DNA of 64,000 bases from a candidate division WOR-3 bacterium (lineage in GTDB: Bacteria; Hydrothermota; 32-111). The notes under the pieces are model-generated. The model was not told where the DNA came from and did no database searches. It was given only the letters and a program-made list of their open reading frames with translations. Location: assembly GCA_039804105.1 (NCBI GenBank), contig JBDRZU010000001.1:256001-320000 (forward strand). Direction: 5' to 3'. Shown piece after piece: positions 20,501 to 29,337 of this stretch (position 1 is the stretch's first letter; every line of letters begins with the position of its first letter). The translations under genes and the position numbers were made by a program.

Positions 20501-22606
20501 ATGAAAAAATTAAAAAGTGTAATTGCTTCAGTTGTTCTTTTGATTTTCGTTTTCAGTTTTTCAAAGCAACTTAAACCTTTAACTCCACCTGATGCTATAA
20601 AGGAACCACATTATTTGAATATACATGATACAACTCTTGTTGATGATTATTTTTATTTCAGGAATAGTGATGATAAAAGGGTTCTTGATTATATTGATCA
20701 AGAAAACGAATATACCGAAAAAATAATGTCAAAAACAAAAAATCTCCAGAAACAACTTTATAATGAAATTTTGAAAAAGGTAGATAAGGATGATGTTTCT
20801 GTTCCAGAAAGAAGAGATTCTTTCCTTTACTATTACAAGGATTTAAAAGGTAAGGACTATACAATATTTTGTAGAAAAAAAGATAAGGAAGGTGCAAAAG
20901 AGGAAATTATTATCGATGTTAACGAATATGCAAAAAATTATCCTTTCTTTGATTTGAATTTTGGAGAGATTTCAACAGATCACAGGATGCTGTCCTATTC
21001 TTTTGATACTTTGGGAAATGAGAATTACACTTTACGAATACTCGATTTGAAAACAAAACAAGATATTGCTCTACCAGTTATCGATAATATTACATCTTTT
21101 GCATTCAACAGATACAACGATGGATTTTTCTATACGATTCAAAATGATATTTCAAGATCTTACGCTTTAAAATATTACGATATGAGAACAGGGAAAGATA
21201 CCTTGCTTTATGAAGAACAAGATGAAAGATTTTCTGTCTATATCAACAAAACAAGGAATAAAGATTATATATTGGTGTCTGTTTCAAGTTCAACAACTTC
21301 TGAATATTACTATATTGAAAGTGGTGATAGAGAGTTAGTTTTGAAACCTCTTGTAAAAAGAGAAAATGGAGTTGAGTATTCGTTTGACCAATCAGGAAAA
21401 TATTTTTACTTTTTAACAAATAAGGATTGTGTTAATTTCGACTTAAAAAGATTCAGAATCGATTCAACAATTGAAAATTCTTATACGATTATAAAAGGTT
21501 CAGATACTCTCATGATAGAGGGTTTTGATGCATTTGAAAAATTTTTGTCTGTGTACGAAAGAGTTAATGGAAGGAAAAAATTAAAATTTTATTATCTTGA
21601 TAGTGGTGAATCAAAATATTTTAATTTTGGTGAAGAAAATTGCACTTTTTATCCGTTTTCAAATTCATCTTTTAGAAGGGATTCTTTGAGAGTGTCTTAT
21701 ATGTCGTTAAAAACACCTGCAACTGTTATTGACATTGATGTGTGGAATTTAAAAAGTGTAGTTAAAAAGGTTGATGAGATAAAAGGTTATAAAAAAGAAA
21801 ATTATGTAACTGAATATATCTATGCTCAAGCACCAGATGGAGAGATGATTCCAATATCACTTGTTTACAATAAAAAATTTAAGCCGGAAAATCGTCCTTT
21901 ACTTTTAACAGGTTATGGTGCTTACGGTGCTCCATCAAATCCCTACTTTTCAACATCAAGGTTATCTTTACTTGATAGGGGAGTGATATACGGTATCGCA
22001 CACATTAGGGGAGGTGGAGATAAAGGAAGAAAATGGTATCTTGATGGAAAAATGTTTAAAAAGATGAACACTTTTACTGATTTTATTTCTTGTGCAGAAT
22101 ATCTTATTCAAAAAGGTTATACTTCACAGGATAAACTTGCAATTGAAGGTGGAAGTGCTGGAGGACTTTTGATAGGATCTGTTTTAAACATGAAACCTCA
22201 TCTTTTTAAAGGAGCAATCCTCGGTGTCCCATTCGTTGACCTTATCAATACAATGCTTGACACAACTTTACCACTTACAGTAGGGGAGTTTGAAGAATGG
22301 GGTAATCCCCAGATAAAGGAGCAGTTCGATTATATGATAAAATACAGCCCTTATGATAATATTCAACCTAAAAAATATCCAATAATACTTGTGAAATCAT
22401 CTTTCTATGATACAAGGGTGATGTATTGGGAACCACTGAAATGGGTCGCAAAAATGAGAGACAATAAACTTGATAACAACCTTTTACTCTTAAAAATGAG
22501 AATGAATGCTGGACATGGTGGAAATTCAGGTAAATATAACTGGTATGAAGAGATAGCATTTGATAATGCATTTTTACTTTATTATGTTTGGGGTATCACT
22601 AAATAA
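20501..22606 (+). CDS. ptrB: Oligopeptidase B (S9A) with an N-terminal signal peptide
   Basis: Catalytic GGSAGG, DTRV and AGHG; GYGAYG and EEWGNP; ATG at 20501 after AGGAG. Confidence 0.92.
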   Translation: MKKLKSVIASVVLLIFVFSFSKQLKPLTPPDAIKEPHYLNIHDTTLVDDYFYFRNSDDKRVLDYIDQENEYTEKIMSKTKNLQKQLYNEILKKVDKDDVSVPERRDSFLYYYKDLKGKDYTIFCRKKDKEGAKEEIIIDVNEYAKNYPFFDLNFGEISTDHRMLSYSFDTLGNENYTLRILDLKTKQDIALPVIDNITSFAFNRYNDGFFYTIQNDISRSYALKYYDMRTGKDTLLYEEQDERFSVYINKTRNKDYILVSVSSSTTSEYYYIESGDRELVLKPLVKRENGVEYSFDQSGKYFYFLTNKDCVNFDLKRFRIDSTIENSYTIIKGSDTLMIEGFDAFEKFLSVYERVNGRKKLKFYYLDSGESKYFNFGEENCTFYPFSNSSFRRDSLRVSYMSLKTPATVIDIDVWNLKSVVKKVDEIKGYKKENYVTEYIYAQAPDGEMIPISLVYNKKFKPENRPLLLTGYGAYGAPSNPYFSTSRLSLLDRGVIYGIAHIRGGGDKGRKWYLDGKMFKKMNTFTDFISCAEYLIQKGYTSQDKLAIEGGSAGGLLIGSVLNMKPHLFKGAILGVPFVDLINTMLDTTLPLTVGEFEEWGNPQIKEQFDYMIKYSPYDNIQPKKYPIILVKSSFYDTRVMYWEPLKWVAKMRDNKLDNNLLLLKMRMNAGHGGNSGKYNWYEEIAFDNAFLLYYVWGITK

Positions 22607-22607
22607 A

Positions 22608-23366
22608 CTATAAAGTTATCGTTTCTGAAGGTGAGTTGTAAGGAGAGATAACAAATTTTGTTTTCTCAGATTGAAATTGTGCGATTATTTCGTTGTAGAC
22701 AACTTCAGGGGAGTTGGTTCTTTTACTTAAATGATGTAAAAATATGTATTTTATATTTTGATTATAAAGTTTTTTAATAACTTTTAGTGTATCGTCGTTT
22801 GACAAGTGTCCATTTTCAGAAAGTATTCTTTGTTTTAAAGAGTCAGAATATTTTGATTTATGAAGTCCTTCTTTAGAATGGTTTGACTCAATCACAAGAA
22901 TCTTGATATCTTTTAAGAGAGGAATCAGATTATCATCAAATTGTCCCATATCTGAAAGGAATCCAATTTTTGAGTCATGGTAATTTATTATAAATCCAGT
23001 ATTTAACATATCGTGTGAAATTTCGAATGGGAAAAATTCAAAGTCGAACACAGAAAAACTTTTTCCAAACTCAAAAGGGATTTTAAAAAGGTGATTTTGA
23101 TAATGATTTTTATAATTGTTATTAAAATATAGATTTATTGACGGATTTTTTTTAAGAATAGATTCAAGACCTATGAAATGATCTCTATGAAAATGGGTTA
23201 TAACGATTGCTTTTAAATTTTCTATTGAAAGTGATTTGGATTCCAAAAGTTTTCTGGTTTTTCTATATGAAAGTCCAGCATCAATAAGTATAAGTTCTTC
23301 AGGATTTGAATATAGTACAAAAGAATTCCCATCAGAACAACTCGATAAAGAGAAAAAATTAACCAT
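22608..23366 (-). CDS. Metallo-beta-lactamase-fold hydrolase, YycJ/WalJ-like
   Basis: SSCSDGNS, LIDAG, THFHRDH, ISHD, IESNH, LKQRILSENGHLSN and HLSKRTN. Confidence 0.85.
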   Translation of the reverse strand: MVNFFSLSSCSDGNSFVLYSNPEELILIDAGLSYRKTRKLLESKSLSIENLKAIVITHFHRDHFIGLESILKKNPSINLYFNNNYKNHYQNHLFKIPFEFGKSFSVFDFEFFPFEISHDMLNTGFIINYHDSKIGFLSDMGQFDDNLIPLLKDIKILVIESNHSKEGLHKSKYSDSLKQRILSENGHLSNDDTLKVIKKLYNQNIKYIFLHHLSKRTNSPEVVYNEIIAQFQSEKTKFVISPYNSPSETITL

Positions 23367-23465
23367 TTTTCCACATTTTGTTTAAATAATTTTTTATTAT
23401 TTTTCCGATAGTTATACTACTTTTCCACATATTTTACCCATCATTATCCACATTATTTATCCACA
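23367..23465 (+). promoter_or_regulatory. Cluster of four co-oriented DnaA boxes
   Basis: TTTTCCACA at 23367 and 23421; TTATCCACA at 23444 and 23457. Confidence 0.75.
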
Positions 23466-23480
23466 ACATGAGAACAAAAA

Positions 23481-23542
23481 TTGGGGACGGTGCTTGACTT
23501 TTTGACATTTTTTTTGTAAATACATTAAATTAAATAAGTTAT
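23481..23542 (-). repeat. Dispersed repeat copy 3 (core 23481-23519)
   Basis: Reverse complement of the copy 1/2 core with one extra A in the A-run. Confidence 0.95.
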
Positions 23543-23557
23543 AGACCATTCAATTTT

Positions 23558-24631
23558 TTATTTTTGGTAAATTTTTATCGATTTTTTCCGATTTTTAATA
23601 TTTTGCTCGATAACTTTCTTTGAATTACTGAAAATACTTTTATAAAAGTCGTAAGGATAAAACATTGTAGAATCATCAACAGGATCAGAAATTTCAAATG
23701 CCCCAATACCTTCATAATAATTTTCATTTATAAAACCTTTTACTTTACATGGACCGGTGAAAATTACTCCAGGGATAAAACATTCATCGTAGAGTGGCTC
23801 ATAAAAAAGATAGATAGAATCATCTTTACTTCTTATAAGAAAACCGTATTCGTAGATTTTACGCGATAAGAGTGATTTTCTGTATGTTATAGTGTCAAGA
23901 AAAGTGTTTTTATATATCATCGATTTTTTGTCTTTAAGATTATGATATTGTAAAAAGTTGAATTCTTGATTTTTAAAATGACCTGAAACAAGAAATTTAT
24001 CATCACCAAGAAAAATACCACTCCAGATCCATCTATTCTTAATATCAAGTTTCATATTTCCCCATTGATGATCAAACCATCCATACTTGTTTGATATTTT
24101 TGTTAGATCAATATTGACTTTATCTGTTTTGATAAAACCAGTTAATTTTTTTGAAATCAAAGAATAATATCCTGCTGTGTCTTTTATATGTCCCATAATA
24201 ATATAGCCGCTATCTCCATTTATGAGCATTTTATTGTCATAATCAAAATTTATCGAACATTGTAAATCGTTAAGATAAAAATTTATATCAAAACTAAGAT
24301 TTTCAAAATCATTATTGTCTTTGAAATTTTTCATACCAGAATAGATTGGGACATTAGTTTCATAATAATAGAAAGTATCCTTTAAAATATCTTTGATATA
24401 TATGTTTGAGAAATATGAATTAGCATCAAAATATTGAAAAACGATTACAAAATAATCATATTTTTTTTGCTGATTTTCAGTTAAAATATAGGTGTAATAC
24501 CAATTGATTTGACCTTTATGAATCTGGACATCTTTTGTTAAATCAAGAGTATATTTTTGATAATGATGCGCACAATTTATTAAAAGAAACATAAAAAAAA
24601 TGGAAAAGATTTTTTCTAATCTCAGTTTCAT
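23558..24631 (-). CDS. Lipoprotein with an AttH/CrtC-like (lipocalin-like) domain
   Basis: ATG 24631 gives signal peptide ..FLLINC; motifs WYY, GWFDHQWG and WIWSGI. Confidence 0.65.
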   Translation of the reverse strand: MKLRLEKIFSIFFMFLLINCAHHYQKYTLDLTKDVQIHKGQINWYYTYILTENQQKKYDYFVIVFQYFDANSYFSNIYIKDILKDTFYYYETNVPIYSGMKNFKDNNDFENLSFDINFYLNDLQCSINFDYDNKMLINGDSGYIIMGHIKDTAGYYSLISKKLTGFIKTDKVNIDLTKISNKYGWFDHQWGNMKLDIKNRWIWSGIFLGDDKFLVSGHFKNQEFNFLQYHNLKDKKSMIYKNTFLDTITYRKSLLSRKIYEYGFLIRSKDDSIYLFYEPLYDECFIPGVIFTGPCKVKGFINENYYEGIGAFEISDPVDDSTMFYPYDFYKSIFSNSKKVIEQNIKNRKKSIKIYQK

Positions 24632-24638
24632 AGATTTT

Positions 24639-24666
24639 ATATTATCAAAACAATTATTTATGTCAA
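24639..24666 (-). promoter_or_regulatory. Promoter, probably producing a leaderless transcript
   Basis: TTGACA-N16-TAATAT with TGn extension; ATG lies 7 nt downstream and there is no SD. Confidence 0.55.
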
Positions 24667-24697
24667 TAACTATCAATAATGTTATAGCTTATCTTGA

Positions 24698-24730
24698 TTG
24701 GGGACGGTGCTTGACTTTTTGACATTTTTT
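24698..24730 (-). repeat. Dispersed repeat copy 4 (33 bp, no upstream dyad)
   Basis: Plus-strand sequence TTGGGGACGGTGCTTGACTTTTTGACATTTTTT. Confidence 0.92.
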
Positions 24731-24773
24731 GATCTCTGTTGAAATATTTTGGAGTAAATATATAATTTCAAAA

Positions 24774-25755
24774 ATGGAAAAAGAGAAAATTTTGTTGATA
24801 TAGTAATATCCTTAGGAATTTTCTTGGTAGTTTTAGGATATACAGAAATCGACCCAAATCTAAAAAAATTTATATATTCGTTCCATATGCCTTTGTTTTT
24901 AATCATAATCATATAAAGATTAATAATTCCTTATTTTTTTTATTTTAGTTTTTTGACTTATCTATTTTGGATCTTTGTAACGGGGAGAGATGGAATCGGA
25001 CTTGCTATGAAATTGTATATCTAAAAACTATAATTGGAACTTTAATAGGCTTATCACATAACGATTATTTTGTTCACAATATATCAATTATGGTTTTATA
25101 TGTTTATTTTTGATTGAATTGCTTTATTTTTATATTTCCAAGATAAAAAATCAGGTTTTACTTTTAATTGTTTCAATTATTTTGAGTTTTATAGGTTATG
25201 TTGTCACAAAAAGATTACATTTAGTGTAAATATACGGATTTGCAAAGTTTTAATAACACAAGTGTTTTATTTTTTATGATTTATCATTAAGAAAAACAAC
25301 TTTATAGTTAATTTAAGGCGATTAACTATATTTAAAAATATAGTTTAACTTTAATTTTTTTTATTTTAAATCAATTTTTGACTAAATTTAACTGATTTGT
25401 CGGTTTTGTTGGAAATCTTTTTGGAAATAAACTTTCTAATATATTATTTAAATGGTATAATTGGGAAGTTTATGATCATTTTTATTTCGTTAACGATTGA
25501 AAAATTAATTTGTTATCAAGAAGTACACTTTATATTTTAGATTTCTATGAACAGGTTTTGACTTTGATATTTGGTGTTATTTTATTTTTGTTTAAAATGG
25601 AACCTGAAGTGTACAAGAGTATTTTGATAGTGAATATAATTTTTTCAATGGGAGTATGTCTTGGAATAGGAATAATGAACAATTTAATTTTATTGTGCAA
25701 ATTAAAAATAAATTTCAAAAATAGAACAACTAGCATAAGAGTTAAATCCGATTAA
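24774..25755 (+). pseudogene. Decayed acyltransferase-3 (OafA-like) gene
   Basis: Fragments KRENFVDIVISLGIFLVVLGY..FIYSFHMPLF*, RLIIPYFFYFSFLTYLFW and LSRSTLYILDFY, with a frameshift right after the ATG and several stops. Confidence 0.8.
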
Positions 25756-25811
25756 AAGAGTGTTTTAGGTTGAGATGATTAAAGGTATTTTTGTTGAAAT
25801 ATACATACTCA

Positions 25812-25839
25812 ACTTTACATAATATATATTATCGGGAAT
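25812..25839 (-). other. dif-like XerC/XerD recombination site
   Basis: ATTCCCGATAA-TATATA-TTATGTAAAGT has the 11-6-11 layout and matches B. subtilis dif at 23/28 positions by manual alignment. It lies where gene orientation converges. Confidence 0.85.
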
Positions 25840-25877
25840 TTTGTATATTATTTATTTTGCGAAGAAAATATATATTT

Positions 25878-26639
25878 TTATTTAATTATTCCCTGTACTT
25901 TCTTCTCATTATACTGTTGAGTTAAAGGATCAACAGCACCTTCAAGCATATTTTTGTAAACATATGCCTGTTGAACAAAACTTGAATTTGGGAATCTGTA
26001 TATTATTTCTTCGTAACAGTTAATTGCGTCTTCGATTTCATATTTCATTTCGTAAACTCTTCCCATTCCTAAATATGCTTCAGGTGTGTAAGCGTTTTCA
26101 GGTACATTTGTTGTGGCTTGCTTGTAGTACACGAGTGCTGAATCTATTTGGAGAGATCCCTCAAATGCCTTTGCTATACCTATGTAAGCAGCACATTTTA
26201 ATTCATCGAGTCCATATTTGTATTTGATAAACTGTTTGAAATTTTTAATCGCATCATTGTAGTATTTTTGAGAATTCTGTTGATCTATTGCTCCAAGATT
26301 CAAATTACACATTCCGATATAATAAGTCGCTTTTTTAGCAGAATTTGTTCCATAGTATGATTGTTTGATGTTTGTAAACAGTTCGAGTGCCTGTTTGAAA
26401 TCACCAGAAACAAATATATCTATAGCACCTGTCAATTCAAGGGATGAATTCCTTTCTTTCGAAACAAAACTTGATCTGATTGAAATCGCTATAATTATAA
26501 TAAGAATAAATGCTGAAAAACCGATAAAAAGATATCTCCAATTTAATCTTGACCAATTAATAAATTCACCAACAGCTTCAATAAACTTATCTTTTTTGAG
26601 TTCGGATTTTTTTACTTTAACCTTTTTAACTATTGTCAT
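25878..26639 (-). CDS. Membrane-anchored TPR protein (YfgM-like)
   Basis: ELKKDKF N-terminus, one TM helix and TPR repeats. Confidence 0.75.
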   Translation of the reverse strand: MTIVKKVKVKKSELKKDKFIEAVGEFINWSRLNWRYLFIGFSAFILIIIIAISIRSSFVSKERNSSLELTGAIDIFVSGDFKQALELFTNIKQSYYGTNSAKKATYYIGMCNLNLGAIDQQNSQKYYNDAIKNFKQFIKYKYGLDELKCAAYIGIAKAFEGSLQIDSALVYYKQATTNVPENAYTPEAYLGMGRVYEMKYEIEDAINCYEEIIYRFPNSSFVQQAYVYKNMLEGAVDPLTQQYNEKKVQGIIK

Positions 26640-26660
26640 TTGCTACTCCTTTTTTGTAAG

Positions 26661-26733
26661 TGCCCCTGACAAGAATCGAACTTGTGGCCCTCTGTTTAGG
26701 AAACAGATGCTCTATCCACTGAGCTACAGGGGC
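26661..26733 (-). tRNA. tRNA-Arg(CCT), CCA not encoded
   Basis: GCCCCTGTAGCTCAGTGGATAGAGCA..TCTGT-TTCCTAA-ACAGA..GTTCGATTC..CAGGGGCA. Confidence 0.96.
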
Positions 26734-26738
26734 ATTTT

Positions 26739-27251
26739 TTAAAAGTGAATTATACTTGATATTTGCCAATTTTCAAGATTTTTTCTACCGTTTAAAAAAT
26801 CGAGTTCGATCAAAAATGATATTCCTGATACATTTCCACCTGATTTTTCAATAAGTTTTGTTGCTGCTTTCATCGTGCCACCTGTTGCAAGTAGATCATC
26901 AACAAGAAGTATATTCTCCCCTTTTGATACAGCATCTGTATGCATCTCTATTGTCGCTGTTCCATATTCAAGAGTATAAGTTTCCTCAAAAGTTTTATAA
27001 GGTAATTTTCCTTTTTTTCTTATAGGTATAAATCCTTTGTTATATTTGTTTGCTATAGCGATTCCAAAGATAAAGCCTCTTGATTCAATTCCAGCTATTT
27101 TATCAATTTTTGAAAAATCAAAAGGTTCACTCATTTTGTCAACAGCATATTTAAAGGCATAAGGATCAAGTATTACAGGTGTAACATCTTTAAAGATTAT
27201 TCCTTTTACTGGAAAATCAGGTATGTCTCTTATAAAACTTTTAAGTTCCAT
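26739..27251 (-). CDS. apt: Adenine phosphoribosyltransferase
   Basis: IPDFPVKGIIFKD, IESRGF, LEYG and VDDLLATGGT; ATG 27251 after GGAGG. Confidence 0.96.
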   Translation of the reverse strand: MELKSFIRDIPDFPVKGIIFKDVTPVILDPYAFKYAVDKMSEPFDFSKIDKIAGIESRGFIFGIAIANKYNKGFIPIRKKGKLPYKTFEETYTLEYGTATIEMHTDAVSKGENILLVDDLLATGGTMKAATKLIEKSGGNVSGISFLIELDFLNGRKNLENWQISSIIHF

Positions 27252-27261
27252 TTCTCCTCCT

Positions 27262-27531
27262 TTAGTATTCGATTGAAAAATCATCATACTCTGATGATTC
27301 TATTTCTTTTATGATCATATCTTTCACTTCAGCATAAGGATGTTCAGTTCTTACTCTTTTAATAAAATCTTCGAGTTGATAACTCTCCCCTTGTGCTATT
27401 ATTAAAACATCCCCAGAATACAGGTTTTCAACATATCCTTTAACACCAATTTTTTTTGCAGTTCTTTGAACAAAATATCTGAATCCAACACCCTGCACAT
27501 AACCTTTTACAAGTATTTCGTAAGTTTTCAT
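27262..27531 (-). CDS. acyP: Acylphosphatase
   Basis: GYVQGVGFR and GYVEN motifs. Confidence 0.93.
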   Translation of the reverse strand: MKTYEILVKGYVQGVGFRYFVQRTAKKIGVKGYVENLYSGDVLIIAQGESYQLEDFIKRVRTEHPYAEVKDMIIKEIESSEYDDFSIEY

Positions 27532-27977
27532 AGGTTTTTTTCTACAAACTTTTTTATATCGTTTATAGTTTTTGCTTCCTTAATCCCAACTTTTTTTGCA
27601 TAATCAGATTTATAACCTATGATCGGTTTTCCAAATTGGAGTGAATAACCGATTTCGGTTAAAGTTCCATATTTGCCATCGATCACTATTATAATATCGG
27701 AAGAGTTGATAATGATATAGTTCCTTGCGTATCCTATTCCTGTTGATATTGTGATATCTATATAAGGATTAGCATTTTCTTTTTCGAATGGAAGTATTCC
27801 AATTGTAGTACCACCTTTGTTTTTTACACCTTTTGAAATCGCTTCCATTACACCAGTTCCACCACCACAGATCACAGGCACTTTAAAATTTGCAAGCATC
27901 TCCCCTATTTTAACCACTTCTTGAAAAAGTGGTTCATCAATCACAGAACCACCGATAACACCGATTAACTTATACAT
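27528..27977 (-). CDS. LOG/TIGR00725 family protein
   Basis: CGGGTGVMEA, ARN and GTLTEI motifs. Confidence 0.85.
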   Translation of the reverse strand: MYKLIGVIGGSVIDEPLFQEVVKIGEMLANFKVPVICGGGTGVMEAISKGVKNKGGTTIGILPFEKENANPYIDITISTGIGYARNYIIINSSDIIIVIDGKYGTLTEIGYSLQFGKPIIGYKSDYAKKVGIKEAKTINDIKKFVEKNL

Positions 27978-29337
27978 TTTTTATATCTACAGATTTATAT
28001 TTTGATAGTGTTTCTTTAATATTTTTTCTGATCTTCTCCATACTTTCTTTATCTTTTGCCTCAAATCTCACAACAAGAATCGGCTGTGTATTCGAAGCTC
28101 TAACAAGAGCCCAGCCGTTTTCGAAATAAACTCGCGCACCATCAATATCAACCACTCTGTAATTTTTTTCTTTATAATATTTTACAATCTCATCAACAAT
28201 TTTAAACTTATCTTCGTCCGTTGTATCAACTCTGATTTCAGGTGTTGAGATATAGTATGGCATTTCATTTTTCAGTTCAGATACTTTTTTATTTCTTTCT
28301 GACATGATTCTTAAGATGAGTAAAGAAGCATAAAGCCCATCATCAAAACCAAAATAATTTTCAGCAAAAAACATATGCCCTGACATTTCTCCAGCGAGTA
28401 ATGCCTTTTCCTCTTTCATTTTTCTTTTTAGAAGAGAATGACCAGTTTTATGCATAATGGGAACTCCACCTTCTCTAATAATTAATTCCTCAAGCCCTTG
28501 GGAACATTTTACATCAAATATTACCTTTTCACCTTTGTTTCTTGAAAGCATATCTTTTGCAAGAATTCCAAGGATTTGATCTCCAAAAACCACATCCCCT
28601 TTTTCATCGATTATTCCAACTCGATCACAATCTCCATCATATCCGATTCCAACATCATATCCACCTTTTACAGTTTTATTTCTTAACTCTTCTATAAATT
28701 CCATCACAGTTGGATCAGGAAGATGGTTCGGGAAATTCCCATCCCTTTCAAAGTTTATAAAATCAGCTTTCACATTCAACTTTTCAAAAATTTTTTTTGC
28801 GATTGGTCCTGCTGTTCCATTACCCGGATCTACAAGAACCTTTAACTCTTTCTTTATTTTAATTTTTTCAACACACATGTTTATATAAATTTCTTCAATA
28901 CTTTCCTTTATCAGTTTACCTTCTCCTTTTTCAAGATCATTTTCGATGATCATTTTGTAAAAATTTTGAATAACATCTCCATATATTGTAACATCAGGAT
29001 CAACCATCTTCAGTCCATTGTATTCTATGGGATTGTGAGATCCTGTGACCATTATTCCACCATCGCTTTTGAAGTAGTGCTGGGAATAATAAAGCATAGG
29101 AGTTGTAACAACTCCAACATCTATAACATCAAGACCAGTGTCAAGAACTCCATTAACAAACGCTTCTTTGATCCTTGGGCTTGACAATCTTACATCCATT
29201 CCAGCAACAACTTTCTTTCCACCTCTCCTTCTAATATATGTTGCAAACGCTTTTCCTATTTTATATACATCACCACTATTTAAATCTGTTTCTGCAATAC
29301 CTCGAACATCATACATTCTAAATATTGATTGCTTCAT
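27970..29337 (-). CDS. Phosphomannomutase/phosphoglucomutase
   Basis: FRMYDVRG, TGSHNP, DGDCDR and GEMSGH motifs. Confidence 0.93.
   Translation of the reverse strand: MKQSIFRMYDVRGIAETDLNSGDVYKIGKAFATYIRRRGGKKVVAGMDVRLSSPRIKEAFVNGVLDTGLDVIDVGVVTTPMLYYSQHYFKSDGGIMVTGSHNPIEYNGLKMVDPDVTIYGDVIQNFYKMIIENDLEKGEGKLIKESIEEIYINMCVEKIKIKKELKVLVDPGNGTAGPIAKKIFEKLNVKADFINFERDGNFPNHLPDPTVMEFIEELRNKTVKGGYDVGIGYDGDCDRVGIIDEKGDVVFGDQILGILAKDMLSRNKGEKVIFDVKCSQGLEELIIREGGVPIMHKTGHSLLKRKMKEEKALLAGEMSGHMFFAENYFGFDDGLYASLLILRIMSERNKKVSELKNEMPYYISTPEIRVDTTDEDKFKIVDEIVKYYKEKNYRVVDIDGARVYFENGWALVRASNTQPILVVRFEAKDKESMEKIRKNIKETLSKYKSVDIKNV

Noticed and set aside
23367..23465. Confident oriC call
   Set aside because: Genes converge rather than diverge here, no dnaA/dnaN/gyrB is nearby, and dif is adjacent; kept only as a minor hypothesis.
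5171..24730. The 38-bp repeat as a CRISPR repeat
   Set aside because: The copies are kilobases apart and in both orientations, with no 30-40 bp spacers and no cas genes.
24682..25755. Short ORFs 24682-24912 (-), 25510-25755 (+) and 25545-25736 (-) as genes
   Set aside because: They are antisense shadows or a fragment of the acyltransferase pseudogene.
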